Assembly: GCA_044229845.1 (NCBI GenBank)
Contig: JBGASG010000011.1
Span: 32,001-96,000 of the forward strand
Length of the DNA stretch: 64,000 nt
Source of the DNA: Candidatus Obscuribacteraceae bacterium
GTDB lineage: Bacteria; Cyanobacteriota; Vampirovibrionia; Obscuribacterales; Obscuribacteraceae
Direction of reading: 5' to 3'
Position 1 is the first letter of the stretch, and every line of letters starts with the position of its first letter. A program made the translations under genes and the position numbers. Positions 47,907-57,863 of this stretch are shown here, piece by piece. The notes beneath the pieces are model-generated. The model ran no database searches and was not told the origin of the DNA. It worked only from the letters and a program-made list of their open reading frames with translations.

Positions 47907-48644
47907 TTAGCGATTTCGTCTGACATCACACAGTGTATCTGTCATGGCTTGCCTCACGTGTTCGCGAAGCACGCGGAAGTCTCCTCCATAACTTTCGGGA
48001 TGAACAGGCGGCAAAACCTTTACGGTGATTTTCTGACGGAAGTTGATGCGTTTCGACTGTTTCGAAAAGATCTCATACGTACCATCTACAACTATTGGTA
48101 CGACTGCGACGTTGCAATCAACTGCAAGCTTGAACGGGCCATCACGAAAGCTACCCAGCTCACTGGTCTCAGATCGCGTCCCTTCAGGAAAAATCAAGAT
48201 AGAGGCGCCCCGTCGCAGCCACTGCCGGCAGGACTCCATCATCTGCTTGATACTTTTCAGGTCTCCGCGCGCTATTCGAACATATTGATTGAGCAACATG
48301 TTCCATCCGATAAACGGAATGCGCATCACCGATTCTTTCGAAACCCACTTGAAAGGTTTGAAAATACCGTAAAGAACAAAGATATCCCAGAGAGATTGAT
48401 GATTGGCGACCAGTATGTAAGGGCTCTTGCGCGTATCGATATTGTCCACGCCCTCGAAGGTGCACCGCCAAAAAGGATTGATCCAGATGTAGTGATGTCC
48501 CCACAAGCTGGCCCACATATGAAGGAGTTTGCGATTGCGATCAAACCAGCAAGTGAGCACGCAGATGATTGCTGCGCCCACCACAAAGAATGCCGATGAC
48601 AGGAAAAAGTAGACGGCATAGATATAACTGAGCAATTTGTCCAT
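47907..48644 (-). CDS. plsC: 1-acyl-sn-glycerol-3-phosphate acyltransferase (PlsC family)
   Basis: NHQSLWD and FPEGTRS motifs. Confidence 0.93.
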   Translation of the reverse strand: MDKLLSYIYAVYFFLSSAFFVVGAAIICVLTCWFDRNRKLLHMWASLWGHHYIWINPFWRCTFEGVDNIDTRKSPYILVANHQSLWDIFVLYGIFKPFKWVSKESVMRIPFIGWNMLLNQYVRIARGDLKSIKQMMESCRQWLRRGASILIFPEGTRSETSELGSFRDGPFKLAVDCNVAVVPIVVDGTYEIFSKQSKRINFRQKITVKVLPPVHPESYGGDFRVLREHVRQAMTDTLCDVRRNR

Positions 48645-48817
48645 TGCGTAAGCCTTTTGTATGTATCGATCGGTTGCGACGATTGGTTGGACGCAGCCCA
48701 ACGAAAATGTAAGCACTTTTTGTTGCGCAGTTTCTAGTCACCTTTCGGTAACCATTTGTGCGCATGGGGAAAAGCAGGTTACTATGCTGGCGCAAACAGC
48801 GAGGGATAGGTAAAAGA

Positions 48818-50308
48818 ATGCAAGACAATTCGCAGCATCCTGTAGTTATCCAGGGCGGTATGGGAGTTGCAGTTTCAAACTGGCGTCTGGCGAAGGCCGT
48901 TTCGGAATGCGGACAGCTGGGAGTGGTATCAGGAACGTTTTTAGACAATGTGATGGCGAGACGGTTGCAGGATGGCGACCCAGATGGAGCGGTGCGTCGT
49001 GCTCTGGAGCACTTCCCGGTCCAAGCAGTGGCAAATAGGATTCTGGAACTCTATTTCATAGATGGTGGCAAGGCGGAGTCGACACAGTACAAACGTGTTC
49101 CGATGCATGGCATGAACGCGCCACAAAACCTGATCGATCTCACTGTGGCGGCCAATTTTGTAGAAGTGTTTCTGGCTAAAGAAGGACACGACGGACTGGT
49201 GGGCATTAACTATCTGACCAAGATCGACTTGCCCACTTTGCCCTCCCTTTACGGTGCCATGCTGGCGGGCGTGGATTATGTCTTGATGGGAGCCGGCATA
49301 CCGAAGGCGATTCCGGCAATTCTCGATCGGCTGAGTGTGCACGAGGCAGTTACTCTAAAGGTAGATGTCGAGGGTGCTGCCGCCGGTGACATGCACGAAT
49401 TGTCTTTCGAGCCATCTGCCTACTGTGTGGATCGCTCTCGGCATTTGCGGCGCCCGACATTCCTGGCTATCGTTTCATCCTTTACGCTCGCCCTTTCGCT
49501 GACGAAAAAGGCCAGTGGCAAGGTAGATGGCTTTGTTATAGAACATCATTCAGCCGGCGGACACAATGCTCCACCTCGCGGCGGCATCACAGTCGACGAG
49601 CGCGGTGAGCCTGTTTATGGTCCTAAAGACGAAGTTGATCTGTCCGAATTCCGGAAGCTAGGTTTGCCGTTCTGGGCTGCCGGTTCATCCGCTTCTTATG
49701 AGCAACTGCAAGCGGCGCGAGAAGCCGGGGCACAGGGGGTGCAGGTAGGTACGGCATTTGCTTACTGTCGAGAATCAGGAATTACAGATAAGCTGAAAGC
49801 GCAGGTAATAGCCGACGTTCTTGAGGGCACTGCAGAAGTCTTCACAGACCCGCGTGCTTCATCGTCCGGCTATCCCTTCAAAATTGTTCAACTCGACGGC
49901 TCGTTGTCAGAGGACTCAGTGTACACAAACCGGCGCCGCATCTGCGATCTGGGATATCTGCGCACTGCCTACATAGCCGAGAACGGGACGGTCGGATTCC
50001 GTTGTCCCGGCGAACCCATCGACGATTTTTTGAGGAAGGGCGGACAGCTCAAAGACACCATCGGCAGAAAGTGCCTGTGCAATGGTTTGATGTCGACAGT
50101 CGGACTACCTCAGGTGCAAACGAATGCTTACGAGGAGCCTCCCCTGGTGACCGCCGGCGATACACTTGCTTCGATCAAGAGCTTCATACCCGCCGGTGCC
50201 ACTACTTACTGCGCCCGCGATGTGCTGGAAAATCTCCTCGGTTCTTCAGAAGTCTCGGCACCGGTCCGAAGTGGACATCAGGCTGCTGTAAGCACCGCAG
50301 CCGGCTAA
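48818..50308 (+). CDS. Nitronate monooxygenase/FabK-like flavoprotein with Cys-rich C-terminus
   Basis: IQGGMGVAVS, MGAGIP, AGGHNA, GVQVGTAF, CDLGYL...C...CLCNGL. Confidence 0.88.
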   Translation: MQDNSQHPVVIQGGMGVAVSNWRLAKAVSECGQLGVVSGTFLDNVMARRLQDGDPDGAVRRALEHFPVQAVANRILELYFIDGGKAESTQYKRVPMHGMNAPQNLIDLTVAANFVEVFLAKEGHDGLVGINYLTKIDLPTLPSLYGAMLAGVDYVLMGAGIPKAIPAILDRLSVHEAVTLKVDVEGAAAGDMHELSFEPSAYCVDRSRHLRRPTFLAIVSSFTLALSLTKKASGKVDGFVIEHHSAGGHNAPPRGGITVDERGEPVYGPKDEVDLSEFRKLGLPFWAAGSSASYEQLQAAREAGAQGVQVGTAFAYCRESGITDKLKAQVIADVLEGTAEVFTDPRASSSGYPFKIVQLDGSLSEDSVYTNRRRICDLGYLRTAYIAENGTVGFRCPGEPIDDFLRKGGQLKDTIGRKCLCNGLMSTVGLPQVQTNAYEEPPLVTAGDTLASIKSFIPAGATTYCARDVLENLLGSSEVSAPVRSGHQAAVSTAAG

Positions 50309-50400
50309 GCTCAGCTTTGTGGAAGGCATAAATACCTCCTTAGGTGGAGGCAAGGCGAGCTGAAAAACGCAAAAATGGACATTACGCCGAAGAAGGCTTG

Positions 50401-51813
50401 ATGTTTGTGAGCACCGTGTTGTTTCAGCAGATTACAATTGGGAAAAGTCCTGATGAGAGCGTGGACCGCTGGTCACCGCCTGTAGTTGTGGTTACAGCAT
50501 TGCTGGTGGCCTTTGCCCTCTTCCTCTCGCTGGAAATCATTGAGCAGAGTTTGTTCGCTGAGCTCACGAGAAACCAGCTGCGAGCTTTTCACTTCCTGCG
50601 TGGATTTATAGCCACCGCCGGTGGCATGTTTTTCACATGGATGATAATGCGGAGAAAGGAAGCCCAGCTGGTTGCGCTGCGCAATAGTGTTGAACAGACG
50701 CTGTCGATCAGAACGGCGGAGCTGAATGAAGTCCTGCATTCGCAAGAGCAACAGCGCATGAAGCTGGATGCCATTCTGGCATCTATGGCAGAAGCGCTCA
50801 TTGAAGTAAACAAAGAAGGACTGATCCAATCAGTCAACGACGAGTTCGAGCGCAAACTCGGAATTGAACGAAAGGATGTAATTGGTCGGACAGCGTCCGA
50901 GTTCTTTCTCCAATTCGCTGCGTCGCCAAGTGAGACATCTCTTGCGCAAGCATCGCTCGAATGGAACAAACCCCGCACGGGCACAGCGACCTATGAGCGT
51001 CACTACGGACAGCGTCTGGTATTTCACTGGGCGTGCTCTCCTATACGAATCAATGCGCAAACAGTGGGAGCAGTAGTCACACTGGTCGATCTCACCGAGC
51101 GTTGCCGCCTGCAGGATGATTTGTCCTGCCAGAGAGAAGACTTTTTGGGCGTGATTAATCATCGGCTTCGTACACCCGTTTTGGCCAATATTCGTGCCAA
51201 CGTATTGTTGCTGGAAGATGCCTTCGGAGCTCTCAGTGACCAACAACGCCAGCTTGTAGAGGCTATGCGCGATAACAGCGAAGATATCGATCGACTCCTG
51301 ACCATGCTGGTAGATATCTATCGCTATAAGAATAATCACAAGCAGTTGCAGAAAGAAATACATTCGGCCAAGACTCTCATAGAGAATTCGCTGCGCCGTA
51401 TTCAAGCAAAGGTGCGGCAGCGGAACTTTACCCTTTCGGTAACTCTACCTGCGGATGACCTGCTAGTGGCAGTCGATGAGCAAGAGTTCCTGAAACTACT
51501 TGGACATTTAGCGGACAATGCAGCCAAACATGCTCGCTCCAAAATATCCATTTCGGCACACCTTGACGATGAGCAAGTGCACATCGTCGTTGAAGACGAT
51601 GGGGCGGGCATATCTGCGGAGGATATTCCGAGGTTGTTTAACCGTTTCTATCAAGTCTCAGCCAGCGGCAGCCATTCAGCGGTGACAGGTACGGGCCTTT
51701 GTCTGTGTGCTGAGATTGCCCGCGCTCACAACGGCAGGCTCTCGTGCAGCAGCGAGCCGAACCTTGGCACCCGTTTTACCGTGACGTTGAGAACAGCCGG
51801 CACAGGTGTCTGA
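50401..51813 (+). CDS. PAS-domain membrane sensor histidine kinase (orphan)
   Basis: Two TM segments, PAS domain, NHRLRTP, DNAAKH, DDGAGI, GTGLCLC, HNG. Start uncertain. Confidence 0.9.
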   Translation: MFVSTVLFQQITIGKSPDESVDRWSPPVVVVTALLVAFALFLSLEIIEQSLFAELTRNQLRAFHFLRGFIATAGGMFFTWMIMRRKEAQLVALRNSVEQTLSIRTAELNEVLHSQEQQRMKLDAILASMAEALIEVNKEGLIQSVNDEFERKLGIERKDVIGRTASEFFLQFAASPSETSLAQASLEWNKPRTGTATYERHYGQRLVFHWACSPIRINAQTVGAVVTLVDLTERCRLQDDLSCQREDFLGVINHRLRTPVLANIRANVLLLEDAFGALSDQQRQLVEAMRDNSEDIDRLLTMLVDIYRYKNNHKQLQKEIHSAKTLIENSLRRIQAKVRQRNFTLSVTLPADDLLVAVDEQEFLKLLGHLADNAAKHARSKISISAHLDDEQVHIVVEDDGAGISAEDIPRLFNRFYQVSASGSHSAVTGTGLCLCAEIARAHNGRLSCSSEPNLGTRFTVTLRTAGTGV

Positions 51814-51814
51814 G

Positions 51815-52144
51815 CTACTTGGTCTCAGACTCTTTCAGCACGTCATCCACCCAGGACAGCGTGGCCATCATAGCTGGGAAGCCAATGGTAGTGACGGACA
51901 GCAATACGCAATGGCGAATTTCGGCGGGCGTAACACCGGCTTCCAGGGCGCGCCGACAATGAGAATGGACAGCCCCTTCCATACGAGCACCAGATGCGAT
52001 ACCAAGCTTAACGAGGGCGCTGTCGCGCGCAGTTAACGGACCAGCGGCGCGCACGGACTTACCGAGTGCATCGTAGGCTGAAAAAACTTCAGGGTAATCG
52101 CGTTGAAATTGGAGGTAACGCCCCGGCAGCTTCAGCCCGCTCAT
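51815..52144 (-). CDS. Carboxymuconolactone decarboxylase/AhpD-like protein
   Basis: AGPL...LVKLGIA...GAVHSH...ALEAG...TTIGFP; GGAGG SD. Confidence 0.9.
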   Translation of the reverse strand: MSGLKLPGRYLQFQRDYPEVFSAYDALGKSVRAAGPLTARDSALVKLGIASGARMEGAVHSHCRRALEAGVTPAEIRHCVLLSVTTIGFPAMMATLSWVDDVLKESETK

Positions 52145-52281
52145 GTCAATTTCCTCCGTCAATTCGTCCGTCCGGTGAATATACCACGACGGGGCGAACA
52201 CCGAGATCAGTCTCCGGACTGATGCCGAAAGACTGCCGATTGGCTACTGTTCTAATGTGAAAGCTAAGAGCTACAAATGTA

Positions 52282-52779
52282 ATGCAGCCATTGAAAACCA
52301 TACCCTGTCCGATCACACTGGTTATCGACCACATAAGTGCAAAATGGACGGTGGAGATTTTACGCGAAATAGCATTGGGTCCGGTTCGTACGCGCCGATT
52401 CCTTGTTCATATTCCGGGCATCAGTATGAAGAGCCTGCGACAGAGGTTGCAGTCCATGGAAGATGCTGGACTGGTCAAGAGAACGCAGTATGAAGGTCGC
52501 CCTTTGAAAGTCGAGTACAGCATCACTGAAAGGGGTAAGCAACTGTTTGATATCTTCGCCGCCATGAAAAGGCTCGGCGATCAGTGGACAGGGTCTACCT
52601 GCGTGTGCTCCTTCGAGACGTGCGGCGATGCTCAATGCGCATCACGTCTTTTGTGTCCCCACCGGCGCGAACGCACCAGGCAGCGTGGCCCGTGCTCTCT
52701 TTCCCAGCCGGACTATCCCGACCATCCGAACGAGTCATCAGACCTGGGCGAAGGTCCGGGTTGCTCAGGGTGCATCTGA
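52282..52779 (+). CDS. HxlR-family winged-helix regulator with Cys-rich tail
   Basis: CPI...KWTVEIL, PGISMKSL..RL, VEYSITERG. Confidence 0.9.
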   Translation: MQPLKTIPCPITLVIDHISAKWTVEILREIALGPVRTRRFLVHIPGISMKSLRQRLQSMEDAGLVKRTQYEGRPLKVEYSITERGKQLFDIFAAMKRLGDQWTGSTCVCSFETCGDAQCASRLLCPHRRERTRQRGPCSLSQPDYPDHPNESSDLGEGPGCSGCI

Positions 52780-52795
52780 GATTCTCAATGTAGCC

Positions 52796-54250
52796 TCAAA
52801 TATCGAAATTGATCGGAGCAAACTCCTTGTCGGAGCATATAGTGGGCGTGCTCGCGCTCCGGTCATCAGTATTTTGTCTGAACTGAGCCTGGAAAAAGCG
52901 CAAGGTCTCCGGCTCGAAGGTCATTGAGAGTCCTGGAATTTGTTCCGCAGTTTCACAGCACCGTTCAACGGCATATGCGACCAGATCCATATGGGATTGC
53001 GTATAGACGCGACGAGGAATCGCTAGACGCACCAGCTCCAGTTTAGGATAAATATGATCACCTGTGACTTTGCAACGTCCGGCTGAGACGACTCCACGCT
53101 CCATGCCTCGAATGCCCGAATCCACATAGAGAGCCGCGGCCAGGCTCTGAGCTGGAAATTCGCTTTGCGAAAGATGTGGCAGAATCTGTGCAGCATCGAG
53201 ATAGACCGCGTGTCCACCGATCGGAAGCACGACGGGCACACCAGCCCTCTTGAGCTTCTCTCCCAGGTATTGAACCTGTCTTATGCGCGCGCCCAGATGT
53301 GCATCATCAACAGCTTCTTCAATGCCGCGCGCCATAGCTTCCATGTCGCGTCCCGACATGCCGCCGTACGTATGCAAGCCTTCATAGACCACCGCCATCG
53401 CGCAGGCTCTCTCGTACAAGCGTCCATCTCGCAGAGCCAAGAATCCGCCAATGTTGACGAGCAGGTCCTTCTTCCCGGACATAGTACAAGCATCGGTCAA
53501 GGCGCATATCTGTCTCAGGATTTCCGCACAACTTACATTGTGATACCCCGGCTCTCGTTGTTGAATGAACCAGGCATTTTCCATCGCGCGTGTCGCATCG
53601 AGCACCACTCTGATGCCATGGTTTTCGCACACTCTGCGTACCGCCCGCAGATTCGACAGCGAGAATGGTTGGCCGCCGGCCATGTTGACGCAGGCTTGCA
53701 CATTGATATACGGGATGCGTTCGGAACCGACGCGATCGATCAGCGCCTCGAGCTTATCGATGTCGATGTTTCCTTTGAACAGATGCTCGCTGGTAGGGTC
53801 GTGGGCCTGATCGATGATTACGTCTTCGAAACTTCCCCCGGCGATTTCTTGATGAGCACGGGTGGTAGTGAAATACATGTTGCCGGGGATGACGTCGCCG
53901 GCTTTAATCAGGAGTTGCGAGAGAATGTGCTCAGCGCCGCGCCCCTGATGTGTGGGCAGCACAAATTCATAGCCGTAGTATCTGCGCACGGCGCGTTCCA
54001 GATTGTAGAAATTGCGAGACCCCGCATACGCCTCGTCGCCGAGCATCATGCCGGACCACTGATAATCGCTCATTGCAGCAGTGCCACTGTCTGTCAATAA
54101 GTCGATGTAGACATCTTCCGAACGCAAGAGAAACGTGTTGTAATATGCAGCGGCAATAGCGGCTTCGCGAAACTCACGGGTGGTTTGCTTGAGCGGCTCC
54201 ACCATTTTAATTTTGTAGGGCTCCGCATACGGTACTACATCTTGAGTCAT
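52796..54250 (-). CDS. tpl: Tyrosine phenol-lyase
   Basis: AEPYKIKMVE, DLLTDSGT, YFTTT, SGKKD (PLP Lys), MERG, LRFF. Confidence 0.92.
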   Translation of the reverse strand: MTQDVVPYAEPYKIKMVEPLKQTTREFREAAIAAAYYNTFLLRSEDVYIDLLTDSGTAAMSDYQWSGMMLGDEAYAGSRNFYNLERAVRRYYGYEFVLPTHQGRGAEHILSQLLIKAGDVIPGNMYFTTTRAHQEIAGGSFEDVIIDQAHDPTSEHLFKGNIDIDKLEALIDRVGSERIPYINVQACVNMAGGQPFSLSNLRAVRRVCENHGIRVVLDATRAMENAWFIQQREPGYHNVSCAEILRQICALTDACTMSGKKDLLVNIGGFLALRDGRLYERACAMAVVYEGLHTYGGMSGRDMEAMARGIEEAVDDAHLGARIRQVQYLGEKLKRAGVPVVLPIGGHAVYLDAAQILPHLSQSEFPAQSLAAALYVDSGIRGMERGVVSAGRCKVTGDHIYPKLELVRLAIPRRVYTQSHMDLVAYAVERCCETAEQIPGLSMTFEPETLRFFQAQFRQNTDDRSASTPTICSDKEFAPINFDI

Positions 54251-55683
54251 TGATTCCGTCCCCTCGTTGTTCCTTGTGGTTTTCCTTTTACCGGCATGTG
54301 CACGCTGCGATCGCCCGCCTCCTTGCACTCAACTTTGCCTGCAGGTTCAAAATCAGCTGTGAAATGACGCAGCGGCCCGCTCTCGTTATTGGCGATTGAG
54401 AATCCGCGAATCTGGTCTCGTCGGTGAAAGACATTGATAATGGCCTCTGCCACATAGTCATAGTGTGACTCGCTGTATACACGCCTTGGCAGCGCCAGGC
54501 GCACCAGCTCCTGACGAGGTGAGGTTTCTCCGCCCAGCATAACCGTACCGATTTCGCAGGCACGGACACCGGCCTCCAGATACAGCTCGCATACCAGCGC
54601 CTGTCCAGGTAGTTGGGCGCGCTCTAAATGAGGTAAAAACTCCAGGGCGTCAAGATATACGGCATGCATCGCTGGTGGTGTCAGAGTCGGGACATCGTTG
54701 GCAACCAGTTGCTCCGCCAGGTGCTTTGCTGTTTCCCACCTGTGAGACAGGTATTCCAGATCTGTCACTTCGTCGAAGCCGACTGCAATTGTTTCCAGAT
54801 CGCGGCCGCTCAACCCGCCATAGGTTGGAAATCCTTCTGAAACAATCAGGCTTTGCTTGAGAGCTTCCGTCAGCTGTGCATCGCGTAGAGCGATCAGTCC
54901 ACCCGTGTTGGCTATACCGTCTTTTTTTGCGGACATGAGACAACCGGCGGCTGGTTTCATCAGTGCGCCAACAATTTCCTTTATAGTGTGATGGCGAAAT
55001 GCCGGATCTCTGAGAAACACCAGATAGGCATTTTCGACGCAGCGCGCCGCGTCTATATACAGCTCTTTGCCGAATGAATTCAGCAGTTTCGCGGTCGCCA
55101 GTACATTGTCGTACGATACAGGTTGTCCGGCACAAGCATTGTTAGTCAAAGTCAACATGCCGAAGGGTACTCGCTCCGGCTGATCTCTTAAGAGTTGTCT
55201 GAGCCTCTCCAGGTCGATGTTGCCGCGAAACAGCAAAGAATCAGCTTCAGCATTTTCAACCGGCAGGTCGCAAGGTATACCTGATAACCGCTGGATGTTC
55301 GCCCTAGTGGTATCAAAGTGAGTATTGCTGGGAATGATGTCTCCGCAGCGGACTTTCGCACCGAAGAAGAGACGCTCGGCCGCCCGCCCCTGATGGACCG
55401 GCAGGATATGCGGAAAGCCCAGAAGGTCTTGTGCGGCCCGCTCGAACTTGAAGAAGCTGGTGGCGCCGGCGTACGACTCGTCAGCCGACATAAGCGCCGA
55501 CCACTGTGCAGCCGACATTGCCGACGTACCGCTGTCGGTGAGCAGGTCGACGATCACGTCTTCTGCTCGGAGCTTAAACAGGTTGTATCCAGCAGTCCTT
55601 AGCAGTCTCGCCCGCTCCTCCTTGCTGGTAAATTTAATCGGCTCAGTAACTTTGACCCGGTAAGGTTCAATCACCGTCTTCAC
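54247..55683 (-). CDS. tnaA: Tryptophanase
   Basis: IEPYRVK, DLLTDSGT, HFDTT, SAKKD, LRHFT; GTG start at 55683. Confidence 0.88.
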   Translation of the reverse strand: MKTVIEPYRVKVTEPIKFTSKEERARLLRTAGYNLFKLRAEDVIVDLLTDSGTSAMSAAQWSALMSADESYAGATSFFKFERAAQDLLGFPHILPVHQGRAAERLFFGAKVRCGDIIPSNTHFDTTRANIQRLSGIPCDLPVENAEADSLLFRGNIDLERLRQLLRDQPERVPFGMLTLTNNACAGQPVSYDNVLATAKLLNSFGKELYIDAARCVENAYLVFLRDPAFRHHTIKEIVGALMKPAAGCLMSAKKDGIANTGGLIALRDAQLTEALKQSLIVSEGFPTYGGLSGRDLETIAVGFDEVTDLEYLSHRWETAKHLAEQLVANDVPTLTPPAMHAVYLDALEFLPHLERAQLPGQALVCELYLEAGVRACEIGTVMLGGETSPRQELVRLALPRRVYSESHYDYVAEAIINVFHRRDQIRGFSIANNESGPLRHFTADFEPAGKVECKEAGDRSVHMPVKGKPQGTTRGRNQ

Positions 55684-55860
55684 AAGAAACCTCAAGATAT
55701 CCTGTGAGGAATTTTCGCGCAATAAGCCATTTGTGGCGATCATCTGAAAGGTGGATTCCTCCAGGTAACCATCCTCGGACATACAGAATGAGGTTGATGT
55801 TGAGTCGCCGGCGGGTTGGAGATACTTGGAATAAGTATGCTCCCGCTTACGGTGATCAAC

Positions 55861-56847
55861 ATGGCAACGGATAGAAACTTGAGTCATATCTGGAGTGCTT
55901 ACGTAGCCTCCGGCAAGAAAGCCTATGAACGAGGTGAACTCGATGAGGCAGAACAAGAACTGGTGGAAAATCTCGAGCAGCTTGAGCACATAGTGCACGA
56001 TCGGCAGGTGGTCATCTCGGAGGTCCTTTTCCAGCTTGCCAATGTTTGCCGCGACAAGGAGAAATTCGGATCGGCAGAGAGGCATTATGAACGGGCGCTG
56101 CGCGTCAGGAAGGAAGAGTCCGGCGAACTGGGAACTCTGCCCATACTCGAGCAGCTGAGCCTGTGTTTCAATGTGCAGTGCGAATATGAAAAGGCTTATC
56201 AAACCGAAAAGTGCATCTTTAAACTCGAAGCCCTTCACGGCGTCCAAGATGCCAGAGATGGACATTGTCTCCTTCGTATAGGCATACTGTGCTTGCTGCG
56301 CAACCAGACAGACGAAGCGGCAGACAATTTCAGGCGCTATGTGCGCTCGATGGAAAAGACGCAGCCGGCAACAGATGCGACATTGCTGACGGCTCGGGAA
56401 TTACTTGCACAATGCCTGTACCAGGCTGGCGACTCCGCTGAATCAGAAAAACAATATCGGCAACTATTGCAAGCAAAGCAGTCCGGACCGGGGTCCGATG
56501 ACGATCAGACACGAAGGGTGCTGAACGGGTTAGGGCTTGCTTTGTGCGCGCAGGGGAAACATACTGATGGACAGCCTCTTTGCCAGCGCGCTTTGCAAAT
56601 TGGGGAGAAAACAGGCGGTGACTGCGGGTTGAATGAACTAGCGGATGTGTTTTGTGAGCAGGGCCAATTCGCAGAAGCCAGACCGCTTTGCGAAGCTGCC
56701 CATGATGCCGCCTGTGGTTCTTACAAACAATCGCCCGTTCAGGCGCTTGAGAGGCACGCAACTATGCTCGAGTCGGTCGGTATGACCGCCCATGCTGAGA
56801 AGTTAAGGAAGAGAGCGGCTTCTCTGACCAGCGCTCTGGTCGTGTAA
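55861..56847 (+). CDS. Tetratricopeptide-repeat protein
   Basis: Repeated LA..Y/C..QG....A..L...AL helical motifs. Start uncertain (55816-55861). Confidence 0.85.
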   Translation: MATDRNLSHIWSAYVASGKKAYERGELDEAEQELVENLEQLEHIVHDRQVVISEVLFQLANVCRDKEKFGSAERHYERALRVRKEESGELGTLPILEQLSLCFNVQCEYEKAYQTEKCIFKLEALHGVQDARDGHCLLRIGILCLLRNQTDEAADNFRRYVRSMEKTQPATDATLLTARELLAQCLYQAGDSAESEKQYRQLLQAKQSGPGSDDDQTRRVLNGLGLALCAQGKHTDGQPLCQRALQIGEKTGGDCGLNELADVFCEQGQFAEARPLCEAAHDAACGSYKQSPVQALERHATMLESVGMTAHAEKLRKRAASLTSALVV

Positions 56848-56922
56848 GATTCGCGACACCCGATTAAAGCAGCGCCACCTGTCTTATCCAACAGAATGCG
56901 CTGCTGAGATTGGGAGCTGAAG

Positions 56923-56950
56923 GCGAGCCCGAGCAAATGTTCGGGCTCGT
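56923..56950. terminator. Hairpin between convergent genes
   Basis: GCGAGCCCGAGCA-AA-TGTTCGGGCTCGT. Confidence 0.5.
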
Positions 56951-56983
56951 CGCTTTGCTCGTGCGTTTTGCGGACGAAAGGGC

Positions 56984-57427
56984 TTAAGTGCATCCCTTTC
57001 GTGGTGTCATCGGCACACTGCTGCACAGAGGACTCTTTGACTCTTCGACCAAGTCATCAAGACTGACTTTGGCAAAGGCCGACTCCACCGCCAGCGTTGC
57101 TTCGGATAGTTGCCGATGAAGCGGACAGAGATTGAATCCGTGAGACTCGATTCCCAGTGGGCAGGACCTGATCCGTTCAATCGGATCGACAGCATTGACG
57201 ACATCGAGAATGGAGATTTTCTTCGCGGACTTGCTTAACGAGAAACCGCCTCCCAGCCCGCGTTGAGAATTGACCAACTTTGCTCTGCCCAGTTGCTGCA
57301 TTATCTTATTCAGGTAACCAAAAGGCACTTTGGTTACCTCGGCAATATCTTGTCCTCGGCAAGAAGCGTCCTCCATGGCCAGATAGACCATAGCCCGCAG
57401 GGCGTACTCAGCAGTTTGAGAGAGCAT
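56984..57427 (-). CDS. Rrf2-family transcriptional regulator
   Basis: MLSQTAEYALRA, SQRGLGGGF, CPLG...LCPLH, distal Cys. Confidence 0.95.
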   Translation of the reverse strand: MLSQTAEYALRAMVYLAMEDASCRGQDIAEVTKVPFGYLNKIMQQLGRAKLVNSQRGLGGGFSLSKSAKKISILDVVNAVDPIERIRSCPLGIESHGFNLCPLHRQLSEATLAVESAFAKVSLDDLVEESKSPLCSSVPMTPRKGCT

Positions 57428-57598
57428 TAGCGACCTGTATATATGTAGACCTTGTTATACAGATTACCATGAACACTAATGTGCAGCATGGTGTAGTTCA
57501 GAATCAAACCCGCAGAATCATCCTTTTGAATGAGGCATCTTCTCTGTTGAATTGTAAAATGGATATTGAGGTCCAGATATCAATAAAGGAAATAAATC

Positions 57599-57832
57599 AT
57601 GGCAAGCGGTAAGACAATTTGTACTGTATGCAACTACATTTTTGATGACACATTAGGTGAGCCCAGACAGCAGATCGAACCCGGTGTTTCTTTCGAAACA
57701 CTGCCGGCTGATTGGCTCTGCCCAGAGTGCAATTCACGCAAGGAGATGTTCCAGCCATGCTCCTGTGTCAGCCTGCACATATACGAAATGTCGTGTGTAG
57801 AGTTCAGAACTAACACAGGCGTCCAGCCCTGA
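57599..57832 (+). CDS. Rubredoxin with extra C-terminal cysteines
   Basis: CTVCNYIFD...GEP...LPADWLCPEC; AAAGGA SD. Confidence 0.93.
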   Translation: MASGKTICTVCNYIFDDTLGEPRQQIEPGVSFETLPADWLCPECNSRKEMFQPCSCVSLHIYEMSCVEFRTNTGVQP

Positions 57833-57863
57833 TTGAGCAACGGGAGCTTCGCGAGATCTGAGA

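Noticed and set aside
55684..56265. 194-aa N-terminal extension of tryptophanase in the ORF track
   Set aside because: It is largely antisense to the TPR gene; tryptophanase homology begins at VKTVIEP (55683).
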